Positions 11,831-24,633 of a stretch of 64,000 bases of DNA are shown piece by piece; the first letter of the stretch is position 1, and each line of letters opens with the position of its first letter. The translations under genes and the position numbers were made by a program. The notes beneath the pieces are model-generated. The model was not told where the DNA came from, did no database searches, and worked only from the letters and a program-made list of their open reading frames with translations. Source of the stretch: Callorhinchus milii (Eukaryota); the NCBI RefSeq assembly GCF_018977255.1, contig NW_024704743.1:39434001-39498000 (forward strand). The letters run 5' to 3'.

Positions 11831-12869
11831 ATAATCAACTTGCTGACCTAATTCTGAAGAGTAATTGGTGGGATTGAAACTAACTAAGTCAGGAGTTGAT
11901 TGCTCATTCCCTATATAAAACCAGCCATGCCATGGGCATAGAATTCTGCATCACTTATTAAGGCAAATGTTCGGCCAAAAAAAAAATGAATGCCTGATTC
12001 CCAATGCCAGTTGACTTTCTGTGTGGTTTCTGCATCTATTTTGTTCTGAGTAGCATACAAAATAAAACAAGGAGATGACAGCACTTTGAACTGGTTCTAA
12101 ATGAACAAATAAATCAATTTTCTGCTTTATTAACAGAGCCACCCACAATGACTTTCAAATGCTTTTTAAATTATCATCTCAAGCACTGCCATTCCCTCAT
12201 GAGGAAGAAGTGTTTTAGGAGATCTGTATTATACTGCCTTTCAATACAATGCTACCTTCCTATGGCGCTTGTGGAAACCATGCTATCAGCTTCAGACATT
12301 GACTAGCTGGCTTCTTGTGCTGAACAGTGTTCCCCTTTCACAGCTTAATGTTCATTCAAAAGCTGGTACTCCAATAATGTATCCGGCACTACTGCACTGG
12401 AGGTTCAGCTCATAATCTGAGCTCAAATTGGAGCTTGTAACATGTTTATTTTCAGTTCAAAAGGAACTTGGGAAATGTTGTTGTGGTGGGTCAGACCCTC
12501 ATCATGCTTAATGAAAACAAAGGCATTCTTCTCACACTGGAACAGAACCACAAGTCAAATACGATCGAAGAATGATAAATTAGTTCACAAGCACAGACAA
12601 TGATATGTGATAGTCTTCTAACTAGCATCATTATGCTAGTCACGGCATTCTGGGGAGCAATACAAAAGGAATGACTTTGCAGTATAGCACAATTTTAAAG
12701 AAGGTCCGTGCTGTCTGAGGTCTTTCCATAAATCTCTTTTCACTTGAAAGACAACACTTCCAACAATACAACACTTCCCAGTGCAGCATGGTGAATCTAA
12801 TTGAGCCATACTGGTCCTAGTTCTTTCCCTGGCTCCTGCCACCTGGTTTCAAGAAACTGGCCTGAAATA

Positions 12870-13400
12870 CAACAACAACAACAACAACAAAATTACATTT
12901 ATAGAGCACCTTTCACGTTGGGAGGACATCCCAAGGCGCTGGACAGTTAGGGCTCAAGCCCCAAGCATGGGGGAGGGGTGGGGTAGGGGTGAGGGAAGGC
13001 AGAGAGGTGGGAGGGCAACTAGGCATGATCAAAGACGAGGGTCTTGAGACCGGCCTTGAAGGAGGCAAGGGAGGAACTGAGGCGAAGGGACTGTGGGATG
13101 GAGTTCCAGAGTGTGGGGGCAGAGAGGTTGAAAGCCCGGCCACCGATGGATGGCCTTGAAAGTGAGGACGAGGATCTTGAATTCGATCCTCTGGGGGATG
13201 GGGAGCCAGTGGAGTCGGGCGAGGGTGGGAGTGATGGGGTCATGGAGCCTGGTGCGCAAGAGTACACGAGCTGCAGAGTTTTGGATGATCTGCAGCTTGT
13301 GAAGGGAAGAGTTGGGAAGCCGATGAGGAGGGAGTTTCCATAATTGATTCTTGATGTGACAAATGCGTGGGTAAGGCTTTCAGCAGCCTGAGGGGTGAGA
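12870..13400 (-). mobile_element. L2 LINE 3' fragment, subfamily A
   Basis: [25 protein letters not shown] and GRAFNLSAPTLWNSIP; (AAC)n tail. Confidence 0.93.
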
Positions 13401-13929
13401 CATCATATTGCATGCCTTTACCATGTGGGAATTAGCTGAAGTTCCATATCAGATACACTAGTTACTCAATTATATTCCAAATAATGCATGTTTTACTTTA
13501 GTTAAACCCATTACTATATTTTTCTGGATATTAAAAGATATTCAGGGACAAAATGGGCTAACACTTTGGCAGCAACTGTTTGCTTTATTTCTGTGCAGGG
13601 TATCAACAACAACAAGATTGCATTTGTATAGCACCTTTCACGTCGGGAGGACGTCAAGTATTTTCTAAATATTGGTCACAATATTTAATTTCTTAGCATC
13701 TGTTTATTTAGTTATTTATTCTGGACTCACTGTGTGCTTTGACTGATTATGGCCTACAGTATTTTCCTGAAAATTTGGTTTCAATTGTTTTTACAGTAAG
13801 ATCTGTCAGTTTGGTTATACTTCTATTAAATCTATGACCAACAGGTCTATGTGCAAGGCAGTGCGACAGATTTGTATGTAATGCATCTTTTTATTTCTCT
13901 CTTATTGGTCTTCTAAATCTGATTTAACA

Positions 13930-14058
13930 TGATTAACTGAAGGGATACAAGGATAGAGCAGGGCAGTGGGATTGAAAGTACATCTTGCTCTGAGAGCCAG
14001 TGCAGATTTGATGCACTGAACGGTCTCCTTCTCCACTGGAAATTCCTATGACTATGAA
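13930..14058 (+). mobile_element. CR1-type 3' tail
   Basis: agggatacaaggatagagcaggg...ccttctc...ttcctatgactatga resembles 52680-52812 and 39570-39710. Confidence 0.6.
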
Positions 14059-15962
14059 AACCCTATTTAGAAACCCTATTTAGTGCTTATTCTGCCCTTC
14101 AACACAATTCTGTCTTGTTATTCCTTCGAAATTCTTCTTTTCCTCTAAAGATACATTGGATATTAATTTTTGTATTAAATCTATCCAGAGAGTTCATCTT
14201 CTTGTGAAATTGAAATAGGTGTCGTATCTGTTGAATTTCACGGTGACTTTATGCATTTTACCAATGGGATGTTTGAGCTGCCTTATGACTCCTGATTGTT
14301 TCAAGGCCAGGAGATTAGTAGAATACTTGTCATTATTGATGTGACATTTGTCAGTTTGATCAGAATCCCATCTTTTATCCTGCAGTTTTAGCGCTTAAAT
14401 GTCATGAAGATCCACTAGTTTATTGCTGTCAAGTGTAGTGGCTTTTTGGCAAATGTGGGAGCTATTTACAAAAGCAAAGTCCCACAAATAGTTATGAGGT
14501 GAATTTGGTTCTCAGCATAAAAATCTTTCTCATTAAATATTATCATGGGATCTTTAAGATTCACTAGAATAGGGAGGCCTATAACATCTAATTCCTGATT
14601 TAACTTATTGAAGTCAAAATTGTGGCATTTCAAAGTACATTCCATTCCTTCATTAAGAAACAATGTTGAAATATACCACAATCTCTGAGTACAGTGAGCA
14701 CTTAACTTGGCTGAAAAGATAGCAAGCGGTAAGCTGATATTTCCTCTTCTGGTCACCAGTTTTCTAGTCTATAGCTGCTTTTTTTAGGTCCATCTAAAAA
14801 TGGATGGAATACAAGCATAATATATATTTCTATTGATACATTCATGTCTGAAACAATGACCCAGGCAGGCACAGCCTGGACAGTTGGTGTTTGTAAGATA
14901 TGGCCTGTATGTAACACTGAAACGCGTCTCCAGAGTTGTGAACAACAATTACAGGCAATTACAGGGAATAAAGATGCTGATGGTGACATTTTGGAACCAT
15001 CTTTGTGCCCAACCGTGTTGCTGAAATCAAAGGGGAAGGATGTCTCACCAATGTTCAGTATTAAATAGATAAACAAGTTATTTCTTAACAGATTTCATAG
15101 TGCACAATACATATTGTCTCTTTACTAATACTTTTAAAAAAATTCAGAAAATAAAGTAATATAGAAGTAAACTTTGCAGCAGTTTCTGAACCAATTCCTT
15201 GTGTTAATTAGTGCCAGTGTTCCATAATGAAGCTTTTAGCTGGAATCAGCATACGGCTCCTAGAACTTATTAATTATAATAATAATCTTTGCATTTGATA
15301 TTCCACCAAAGCCATTTCTTCCAGTCAGATGGCTGCTTGGCAGTGGGGAAAAAACCCACAGAAAAATGGTAGCAACTTCAGATAATCAGTTTGAACTCAG
15401 GATTCCCCTTATCCCAAGTTAAAACTTCTTTGGGGGAAAATTCTAGTCAGTGTTGCCCGCAGTTTGGCTACTAATACGTTTCCAGAAAGGCGCTGCACAT
15501 AACATTCACTAGAAACTATTTTACAACATAGATTTTGAAGAATGTGGACGTATAGATCTTTTCATAATCTAAGACCAATCGCTTTTTAATTTTAGTTAGA
15601 GTGCATTAAGCTGGAATGTAACATAAATTTGATCATGAAAATGAAATTGAAAGTCATGAGGCAAATGAAAGGTAGAAAATTGCCTCTCACTGAGAATAAA
15701 GACACTAGATAGCAAGAGGGTACTGGCATCTGCAAATATAAAGGATGTGATCAATCCAAAACATGGCATATTCTGTGTGTGATTTGGCCTCAGTGACCTG
15801 AGCAAAGGAGACAATACAGATGTCAAGTATAAATCATGAACCTATGGCAGTATGATTGTCTCCAGAGAAGTCATGTCTCCAAAGAGGTTATCCTTCAGAC
15901 TCTATTAAGGACTTCCCAGTATGAAGGTTGTTTAAATGTCATTAGAAAACCCAGAAACCCAA

Positions 15963-16260
15963 AGGAGTCCTGTAGCTCAGTGATTAGAGCACTCGCTTTG
16001 CAAGCGAGAGACCTAGGTTTGATTCCCGGCAGGGTAAAACCTTGGGCAAGTTTCCTTACTCCCCATGCCTGATAATAATCCATTAAAAAAAATTGGTAAT
16101 TTCAATCCATGACTGTTTGTGGGACACACCTGTGCGCAATTGGCTGCCGCATTTCGCCCACAAATATACAGTCAATTCACTTTACAGTCTATTCTGTGAA
16201 GCACTTTGAAACGTCTAGAAGACATGAAATGTGCTATATCAAATGCAAGGATTATTATTA
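15963..16260 (+). mobile_element. tRNA-derived SINE, full length, short variant
   Basis: Aligns with 1620-1935. Confidence 0.93.
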
Positions 16261-16649
16261 TTTTTATTTTTATGCAAAAAATGCCTCAGATTTAATCAGG
16301 TTGGTAAAATAATGGGATGTTCTCATTCAATGTATTCATGTGAAGGCAGGCAAGGAATAGTGTCTGATATTTAATATTTGATTCAGTTCCATCTATCACA
16401 CAAATATACCTATAAATCAGATGTTATCTATAGAGATGTTCTTTGAATGATAAGGCTTGCCAATCCCATTATTCCCATTATTATGTAACTCATAAGTGCA
16501 GGTTTAGTTTTACATGGGCCCCATGGTTACTGGAAGCACAGTACACTTATGGTTTCTTTGCAAAGCGAGTGCTCTAATCACATCACTTCCTGCTCGCTAA
16601 CATGAAGATAATTTAAGATGATTACAAAAAAGCAAAAGGAGAGATAATA

Positions 16650-16838
16650 GGATAATATTTTAATACAGGGAGGTTTTAGGAAGTGGAATACATGATGGTT
16701 GAGGCAGAATTATATCAACCTTCAAGAGGGGACTAGATAGATACCTAAAAAAATGAGTAATTTGCTGGGTTTGGGGAAAAAGCCAGGAAAAGGGTCTGAA
16801 AGAATTGATCTTTCAAGGAGCCAGTACAAACATGATTG
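16650..16838 (+). mobile_element. CR1-type 3' fragment
   Basis: atggttgaggcagaa...ttcaagaggggactagatagatac ('VEA..TFKRxLDRY'). Confidence 0.7.
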
Positions 16839-17210
16839 GCTCTCCACGGCCTCGCTCCTCCCTACCTCTGTAACCTCCTAACATACTACCAACCAATTCG
16901 CTCCGTCCACTCAGCGGGCTCCACTCTGCTTCACGTCCCCTGCCTGCCATCAATGATGGGCGGGCCTTCAGCCTCTCTATCCCCATCCTCTGGAACTCCA
17001 TCCCACAGTCCATTTGCCTCAACCCCTCCCTTGCCTCCTTCAAGACTCATTTCAAGACCCTCCTCTTCAACCGCGCCTTTGGTCAGCCTCCTACTCCTAC
17101 CCTTTCCACCTCCTCCAACCACCAGCTCAGGTGCGAATCCTTGATTGTCCAGCATCTTGGGATGTCCTCCTGATGTGAAAGGCGTGAAACAAATGTGATT
17201 TGTTGTTGTT
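16835..17210 (+). mobile_element. L2 LINE 3' end
   Basis: ALHGLAPPYLCNLL motif, tail stem-loop, (GTT)n. Confidence 0.9.
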
Positions 17211-17764
17211 GTACTGTCATCTATTATTCTACGTGCAGGAGGTATCTCTGACATCACTTACTTTATGAAGCAACTGCCATCAGTTGCATTTCCTGCAAAT
17301 AACGTATATGCACAACATGTAGGAAGTGATGTCAGTGGCACAGTGACATCAACATTGTCATGACACCCCAGACATGAGGCATTTTTGCGTGCTGTTTTAA
17401 TGGGGTCTGAGTTAATGCGCCCAGAAAATTGTACTATAAAGTGGTTGCACTGTATTCAAAGTGGCGACTGCTTCAGAATTATAAGGCTTATAATTGTGTT
17501 ATAAGATTGCATCTTAGACTGTGTTTCAGCTCTTCTGGAAATGAAAATCAGGAAGCAATAGCTTTGTGAAATGTGAAAATCAAAGATATGGCAAACTTCA
17601 CCAATCCATCCCTGCAATGTATGTACTGGCCAACCTCCAAGCTGAATATGTACTTCATCTTATCTGAATGCAAAAATTAAAGATTATGACCAGATATTTC
17701 AGGGGAGCAGTTAGGATAATTTGTGAAGGGTGTTGAAATATAGAATTCCCCACTACTTCCTAAA

Positions 17765-18365
17765 ACCAGAGTTTCGGGCTGTAGTGGCTGAAAGCATGAC
17801 CTCCGATGGTGGGTGAAAGGACCAAGAAGGAGTCCAGTGCTAGTTGAGCGGAGGCGCCAGGTGGTGGATTGAGGATTGAGGAGGTCAGAGATGTAGGGAG
17901 ATGCCAGAGAGTGAAGGGATTTGAACACGAGTGTGAGGATCTTCAAGTCAATCTGTTCGGTGATGGGGAGCCAGTGGAGCCTGGCCAGAACTTGTGAGAT
18001 GTGGTTATGGAGTTTGGTCCAGGTCAATATGCAGGCGGAAGAGTTCTGAATCAGCTGGATCTTATGAATAGTCGACCTGGGGAATCCGGCGAGGAGTGCA
18101 TTTGAGAAATCCAGGCAGGAGGTGACAAACATTTGCACAAGGGTTTCAGCTGCATTTGGGGCAAGGTATGGTCGGAGGCGAGCAATGTGGCGGAGGTGGA
18201 AGAAGGCGGTCCTGGTCAGCGAATGGATGTGGGGAAGGAAGAACAGCTGGGGGTCAAACCAGATGCCTAGATTATGAACTGGTTTGGTGTGTGTGAGGGA
18301 AAGCCCAGGGAGGTTGAGTAGTTCAGATCCGCAAGAATGACGCAGTTGACGGGAGCCAAGGAGAC
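17765..18365 (-). mobile_element. L2 LINE ORF2 fragment
   Basis: [51 protein letters not shown]. Confidence 0.93.
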
Positions 18366-19534
18366 AAATATTTAAAACAGAGAAACATTGTTATTAATTA
18401 TTAAGTTGGGTGAAAGGACAGGGAAGTGGATTTGATAATAATAAATAATCCTTGTACTTGATATAGATGTCAAGTCATCGAAACATCTCAAAGTGCTTCA
18501 CAGAATAAAACTGAAATGAATGGATAGTTTTTCCAGCGAGCCAGTGAGGTCATGATGGGTTGAATGTCCTCCTCTTATGCTGCAAATTTTATGAATGAAA
18601 GATTCCTAACTCAACTAACAATGAAGCCAACCTTGCCAAGATCCAATGGCTCCCATTACCTTAAAGAATGGAGTTTAAAATATTTTTCCTGGTCTTCAAA
18701 TCCTCTAAGTCTTTTACCTGCAAAAATACAAAGTTACGGCCCTCTGCAGTGAATCGTGTGAAGCTCCTTGAGATATCCTCCGGAGGTGAAAGGCGCTATA
18801 TCAAATGTAAAGGTTATTATTTTTATTTTATTATGACCTTGGCCCACCTTATCTATGCAACCTCCTTCAGCCCTTCATTTCAACCCATACCCACCTCACT
18901 TTTGACTGGTTTATTGCTGCTCAGAATTATTAGCAGGGCTCAGCCTCAATTTTCCAATTTTGATAGCTGGTGACAATTATCACATCACAAATATATTTTT
19001 TACCTTTCACATAACCTCCCTAGAAAGGTGCACAGTGAAACACCAAAGTGACATTTATCTAACGAAGGCAGAGTTCACTCCATTCATTGAAAACACTGAA
19101 ATTCAAGATAATGGAAATTGGAAAAGTCTCGACACAAAGATGTTTCATTGAAATAAATATTATTTATGTCCAATGACATATTGCTATCTATAAAACTACC
19201 ATTGAACAATGTTTGGCAGAGATATTTATGATGCTTAAAGTTTAAATTATTTATATCAGTCATAGGGGAGCGGGAGGAGAAATAAAAATTGAGTTAATCA
19301 ATCTATTACTGTAATTTAACAAAGAAAGCTTCATTTACCTCAAGGGATGAGATCTTTTTTATTTTCACAATTTATGCTTTTTATATCCCGCTATATTTTA
19401 GACACCAATAAACAAAAGGTCAAAACTCAAAGAGAGTAGGAAGTCGTATGATGAACACAGAAAATTAGCTGCTTGGTAGAAAATATATTATATGGAATGA
19501 GTTCCGTGATTTAATCTTAAAATAGATTTACAAG

Positions 19535-19948
19535 GTGTCAGCCTGGCGTAGCTAGTAGCACGCTCATCTCTAAGTCAAGTGATTATGTGTTCAAGCCTCA
19601 AGTCAGGATTTTGATCTTAAGTTATGGACTGGTACTCCAATGTAGTGTTGAGGAAGAACTGCATTGTCAGAGGAACCTTCCTTTGGATGAAATATTAAAC
19701 TGAGGCCCTGTCTACCTTTGATTTTATGGCACTATTTGAAAAGAGAAGGGAATGTCTCCTGATGTTCTAGCCAATGATCCCCAAATGAAATTGGTCATTC
19801 AATTCATGTTTTTGTTGGACATCGCTGCATGCAAATTGGCTGCTGCATTCACCTATAAAATACACTTTCCTTTACAGTAAAGCCTGTAAAGTGCTTTGAG
19901 ATGTCATCTAAATGTAAAAGGTGATGTATCAAATGTCAGGATTATTTA
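19535..19948 (+). mobile_element. Older Deu-type SINE, near full length
   Basis: tRNA-like head gtgtcagcctggcgtagctagtagcacgctc...gttcaagcc, Deu core cctttggatgaaatattaaactgaggccctgtc, L2-like tail. Confidence 0.85.
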
Positions 19949-20671
19949 TTTGTTCATTTAATGTTTAGCTTTTTTTTGATTAATTAGGTGTCTGATACAT
20001 AAAGAAACCCATCGCCGTGTTTACGAGTATCCAAACCGAAATACAGAGAGTGCCGCATCTATATGATGTAATGAATATTTAATGGTTCTCAAAACCAAGT
20101 GCCAGATCACAGCCTTGCACTCACTCTTTGCCATCTACTGCTGTGTTTTACATTTGTGCTGTGCATACGTGTTACTATACTCACTAATAACTATTAGGGG
20201 ATTGGTAGTGGCAGCTGCAATGTTCAAATGAGGCTTTCGAGCACGTTGTTGGCACAATTGCTGCACTATTAAAAAGGCTAAGTGCGATAAAACTATAATA
20301 GACATACATGAGAGCTAAAAGATCAATCATTATTAACCAGGAAGACAAACAGTTAACTAGGTTCCATCAAACAGTCTGAAATATTGACTGCTAGCTCTGA
20401 ATCTTAAAAGTCTTTACAATACTGATAAGCCATGCTCATAGTGGTGAGTAGATGTGTGTCATATACATCTACTTTGCTTTGGATATAAAACAATACAATG
20501 ACTGGTAGCAATGATTTGTGAGCAATAATTTGCCATATATGCTTTTAAGAAATGACAGCATTTAACAAACCACTTATCATTATACATAATTAATATCATT
20601 ATCCATAATGTTTTGCACTAAAATACAATTGTGTTGGTCTCTAAGATGCCATTGGGAATTCATCGAAGGAA

Positions 20672-20794
20672 TTTGGTCCGAAAGGGTTGGCTGGATACTT
20701 CTTATGAGAGAGAGAGAATCTGCCTATGATAGAATCTTATTGCTATCATAGGCAGATTCATAAGAGAATCAAGCCAAGTTTTAACTAGACCAAA
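20672..20794. repeat. Long fold-back palindrome
   Basis: Perfect 17-bp arms at 20716-20732 and 20743-20759, extended outward by imperfect pairing. Confidence 0.8.
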
Positions 20795-21015
20795 CAAAAA
20801 CAGAAGTCGCTGGGAACACTCAGCACGTCAAGCAGAATCTATGGAGAAAGAAAAGTGAGTCAACGTTTTGGGTCCACGACGCTTCATCAGAACAGTCATG
20901 AACCCAAAACTTTGACACTTTCCTTTCGCCATAGATGCTGCCTGACCTGCTGAGTATTCCCAGCGACATCTGTTTTTGTTTTCAGATTTCCAGCATCTGC
21001 AGTATTTTGTGTTCT
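20792..21015. mobile_element. Penelope-like inverted terminal-repeat structure
   Basis: About 85-bp arms at 20792-20876 and 20895-20981 are reverse complements; hammerhead-like CTGATGA core at the centre. Confidence 0.7.
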
Positions 21016-23539
21016 GTTTAACTTAGGCGCAAGCTTTTATACCATGTCTCCTGTGATATTATGGCAAGTACAGTGGGGCCAGAGCGAAAACATGCATGCC
21101 TCAAATTCCATCTGGTTTTAACTTTTTATCTTTAACTTTATCTTAAAATTCAAGAATTGTGGAGAATTCTTAAATGAAGTGGCCATCTTCAGGCCAAAAG
21201 AGTTGGGGATATACACTTATGGGCTAGTTTATGTTTTTAGTCACTAATTGCTTGCATTTTTCAAATACAGTTTCAATTAACACATTACAGGTCACAATTT
21301 GTACCCCATTGGCAAAATGTATGAAACGTACCAGAATGTGGGAAACATCCTGATGGTCTTAAGCTTTATTGTCAATGATGTGGTTTACCTCCACTTTTAT
21401 GTTGCTAAATTTGAAGTGAAGGACAGAATGAAGCAATTGCCAGCATTTTAATAAAGTGTGTCTTCGCTGGCCAGGCTAAAAGATCAAACCAGGATAAAGC
21501 TTCATTGACCACGCAGACGGATATTTGACAAATCTATTCTGGCATAATGTGCTGTTCCTTTATACATCTATCATTTTGATTCTTATCAGCACTAAGTCTG
21601 CACCGCTGTATAATTGAAGCATTCTGCTGCCAAGGAATTGAAGTGTTTGATGGCTTTGTGGGCTCTGAGTTTGATTTCCTTACTTATCCAGCAAAGCTAC
21701 AATCGATGAAAAATGGCACTGTAAACACGCAGGACGAAAACTAATTCCATTAGCTGCAGCCAAACAATCAATGTGTTTCAGGCTGTTAACTACTTATCCC
21801 ACAAATTGACACTCAAATACCACCGCTGCTGATGACAACTACAATGGCATTTAGAGTCTTTGGACCAAACAATATATTGAAGATGGGAGAGTTTGGCTTT
21901 ACACCCAAACCAGGTAACTAAAGATGATTTGGGCCAGTAATTTTCAGTGATATAACAATATTATATTCTGTTTTTTAAGTTGTTCAGGATTCTCTGTTCC
22001 CACTTTGACTAAAGAGGTCATCTGCTGTGAAGCCTGGAGCCTCCTCAGCATGAAGGGAAACAGGCCATGGGTTCCGACTGAAAAGGACCACATGGTGTCC
22101 AGACGGACTCTGGAACACTTAGAGGACCTACTGGGGGAATAAACAAAACATTGCATTTTTGGCCGTGATATTCCTTTCAAAAATCCATAATTGCATGAAC
22201 ATTCTTGGACTTATTTTCAGTTGTATGTGATTCGTGGACCAACACTATGTGCAATTTGGCTGATATGTTCACCTACAAAATACACTGATGCATTCATCCG
22301 ACTCCACAGTGAATCCTGTAAAGTGCTTTCAGATGTGCTCCTGGTGTGAAAGGTTTTATATCAAATGCATGTATTATTTTTATTATCATTAATATTATCA
22401 TAATTATTTTTCTTAGCATTATTAATAATATTGTAATTATATTCATCAATATTATTTATTGAAGTACAACTACAGACCAATAAAAATTTATAGCACAGTC
22501 GAAGGCCATTAGCCCATTTGTCTCTGATGGTAGTTTAGAGAAGTTGCTTCCAACTGACTGCTTCTTTGGGTTTAACATGCAGGAACAAATGAATGATATA
22601 CTCTAACAGGAATAGCCCCAACGTATTTTTTCTAGCTTCAGCTCATTTTATTTTGATTAAAAAAGCTTGGGCTGGTAAGTAATAGCCTGCACCTTTTCTT
22701 TCTATTTTTATAATTACTTTTCACTCATTTAAAATATATGATTACAAATTAAGAGTGCGGATAAGAACATTGCAGTAATGTACGTCTGCTATCACTGTGG
22801 CTAAACTTTGTGACTGCACTAGAACATAGGGACGTCTTAGCACAGAAGGAACCAATGTAAGTCTGGAGTGGTACCTCCTTCATTGGGCAGCTTGGGTAAG
22901 CATGGCTGCTATTTAGACTCTTAAATAAGGTGATATCATAATGGTATAAACCTGGTTCTCAAGGTTCTTGTTCCATCAAAACTATAAGAGACTGAATACA
23001 CACAGGGCCTGTGAAGTTCCAACCCTCTCACCAATCAATTACCAAAGCCCCGAAAGTTCTCATGATCTTAGTATTAAGTCTTGAAATTAGGATTGTGCAG
23101 GAATTTGGAAGATTCTTGCATCCAATCGTAGATTGGAAACTGTTTTTCCACTTCATATCAAGAACAGAGACTGCACTTAAGAATTCTCAAACATTTTCAA
23201 TGATCCTAAATTTTAAAACAATAGTTTGCAAGCCCTTAAGAAATTGCAGGTATGAAAGGTGAGGGCATGATTGGGCTCAGATGTGATTCCTGTAATTCAA
23301 ATGTCTGTCAAAACTCACTGACAGAGCTCACACATGTATAATGACCACTTGGCAACAACTAGAGTATGTTTGGCACCCATACAACTGTAACCTCAGTAAG
23401 AACCGAAAGGAACTTAGTAGAGAATAGGCGGGAGGGAATTATATTGTATAAAACAACAGAGCGGAATAGAACTTTTGTGACTGAAATCCTCATGGCTCAA
23501 TATGTTCCAATTCCCATTATGCTTACACTCTGGAACTCA

Positions 23540-23875
23540 TCCATAGAATTCAACCTTGAGAGAAAATGACTTAGAGAGGATCTTATAGAAAAAGAGTAAA
23601 CCTGGAACAATACTTTAGGATGTGCTAAGACAGTTGATCAACATGACATAGTTTTAGAGATCCAAAGTGCAATTTCAGGACACACACCAGGATGGTTTTC
23701 TTGACACAGAGGATAATTAACAACTGGAAAAGGTTGCCAAGAAGGATGTTGAGGCCAGGACACTGCGCTCATTTAAAAAAAAGCAGCTTGAGGTTGTAAA
23801 GGGAGGATGGTGGGGTAGTATTGTGGAAGGAGCAAACAATCTTTATTATCAAAACCAATCCTGTGATTTTTGTAA
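23540..23875 (+). mobile_element. CR1/L3-type 3' fragment
   Basis: ttcaaccttgagagaaaatgacttagagaggatcttata ('FxLExRxLRxDL') and 'FLTQRIINNWKRLP'. Confidence 0.8.
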
Positions 23876-23916
23876 TGTGTACATGATGTATTTGCTGCAA
23901 TCTTACCACTCTATGT

Positions 23917-24279
23917 AGTAATAATCTTGCATTCGATATAGCGCCTTATCACATCTTTGTGACGTCTCAAAGAGCTTCACAGAATATACTGTAAACTGAA
24001 TTGACTGTATATTTTGTGTGTGAAACGTGGCAGCCAATTATGCACAGCAGTGTCCCATAAACAATCGTGGATTGAGTGACCAATTTTTTTTGGTTGAAGG
24101 AATTATTACCCCTGGAAAAGCGATCTGCCAATTGACTGACAACTAGGTTCTACTTACTGCTGGGTAAATAGAGGCGTGGGGAGTAAGGAAACTTGCCCAA
24201 CATTTTGTCCTGCCAGGAATTAAACCCAGGTCTCTCGCTTGCGAGGCGATTGCTGTAACCACTGAACTACAGGACTCCA
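23917..24279 (-). mobile_element. tRNA-derived SINE, full length, long variant
   Basis: Reverse complement of the SINE with the extra segment tttacccagcagtaagtagaac...ggcagatcgcttttccaggg. Confidence 0.92.
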
Positions 24280-24476
24280 TATTGTAAATGTGTGTACCCA
24301 GTATTTACATCTCTGAACATCTGACATCTATATTGCAAATTCTCAAATATTCTGCACTCACAGTACAAATACCACCATAGTATAGCTTTACTAGCATGTC
24401 AGAAGATGAAACAAACACAAGTCAACAATATTTTAGTCACTTTTTAGCTTCTTGAATTCATTAATTCAAGAAGCTA

Positions 24477-24633
24477 TCTCAAGACTCTCCTCTTCAACCA
24501 TGCTTTCGATCACTCTCCATTCCCCTCTGCCTCCACCCTCCCCTATCCCGACCCCCAGCTGAATGTCCAGTGCCTTGGGACGTCCTCCTGGTGTGAAAGA
24601 AGCTATACAAATGTAGTTTGTTTTTTGTTGTTG
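24477..24633 (+). mobile_element. L2 LINE 3' tail
   Basis: ctcaagactctcctcttcaacc and tail stem-loop. Confidence 0.85.

Noticed and set aside
22070..22110. 'SVGTHGLF' resembling an RTEX C-terminal motif
   Set aside because: No adjacent CCHC knuckle and no similarity to the 47280-48560 family; probably chance
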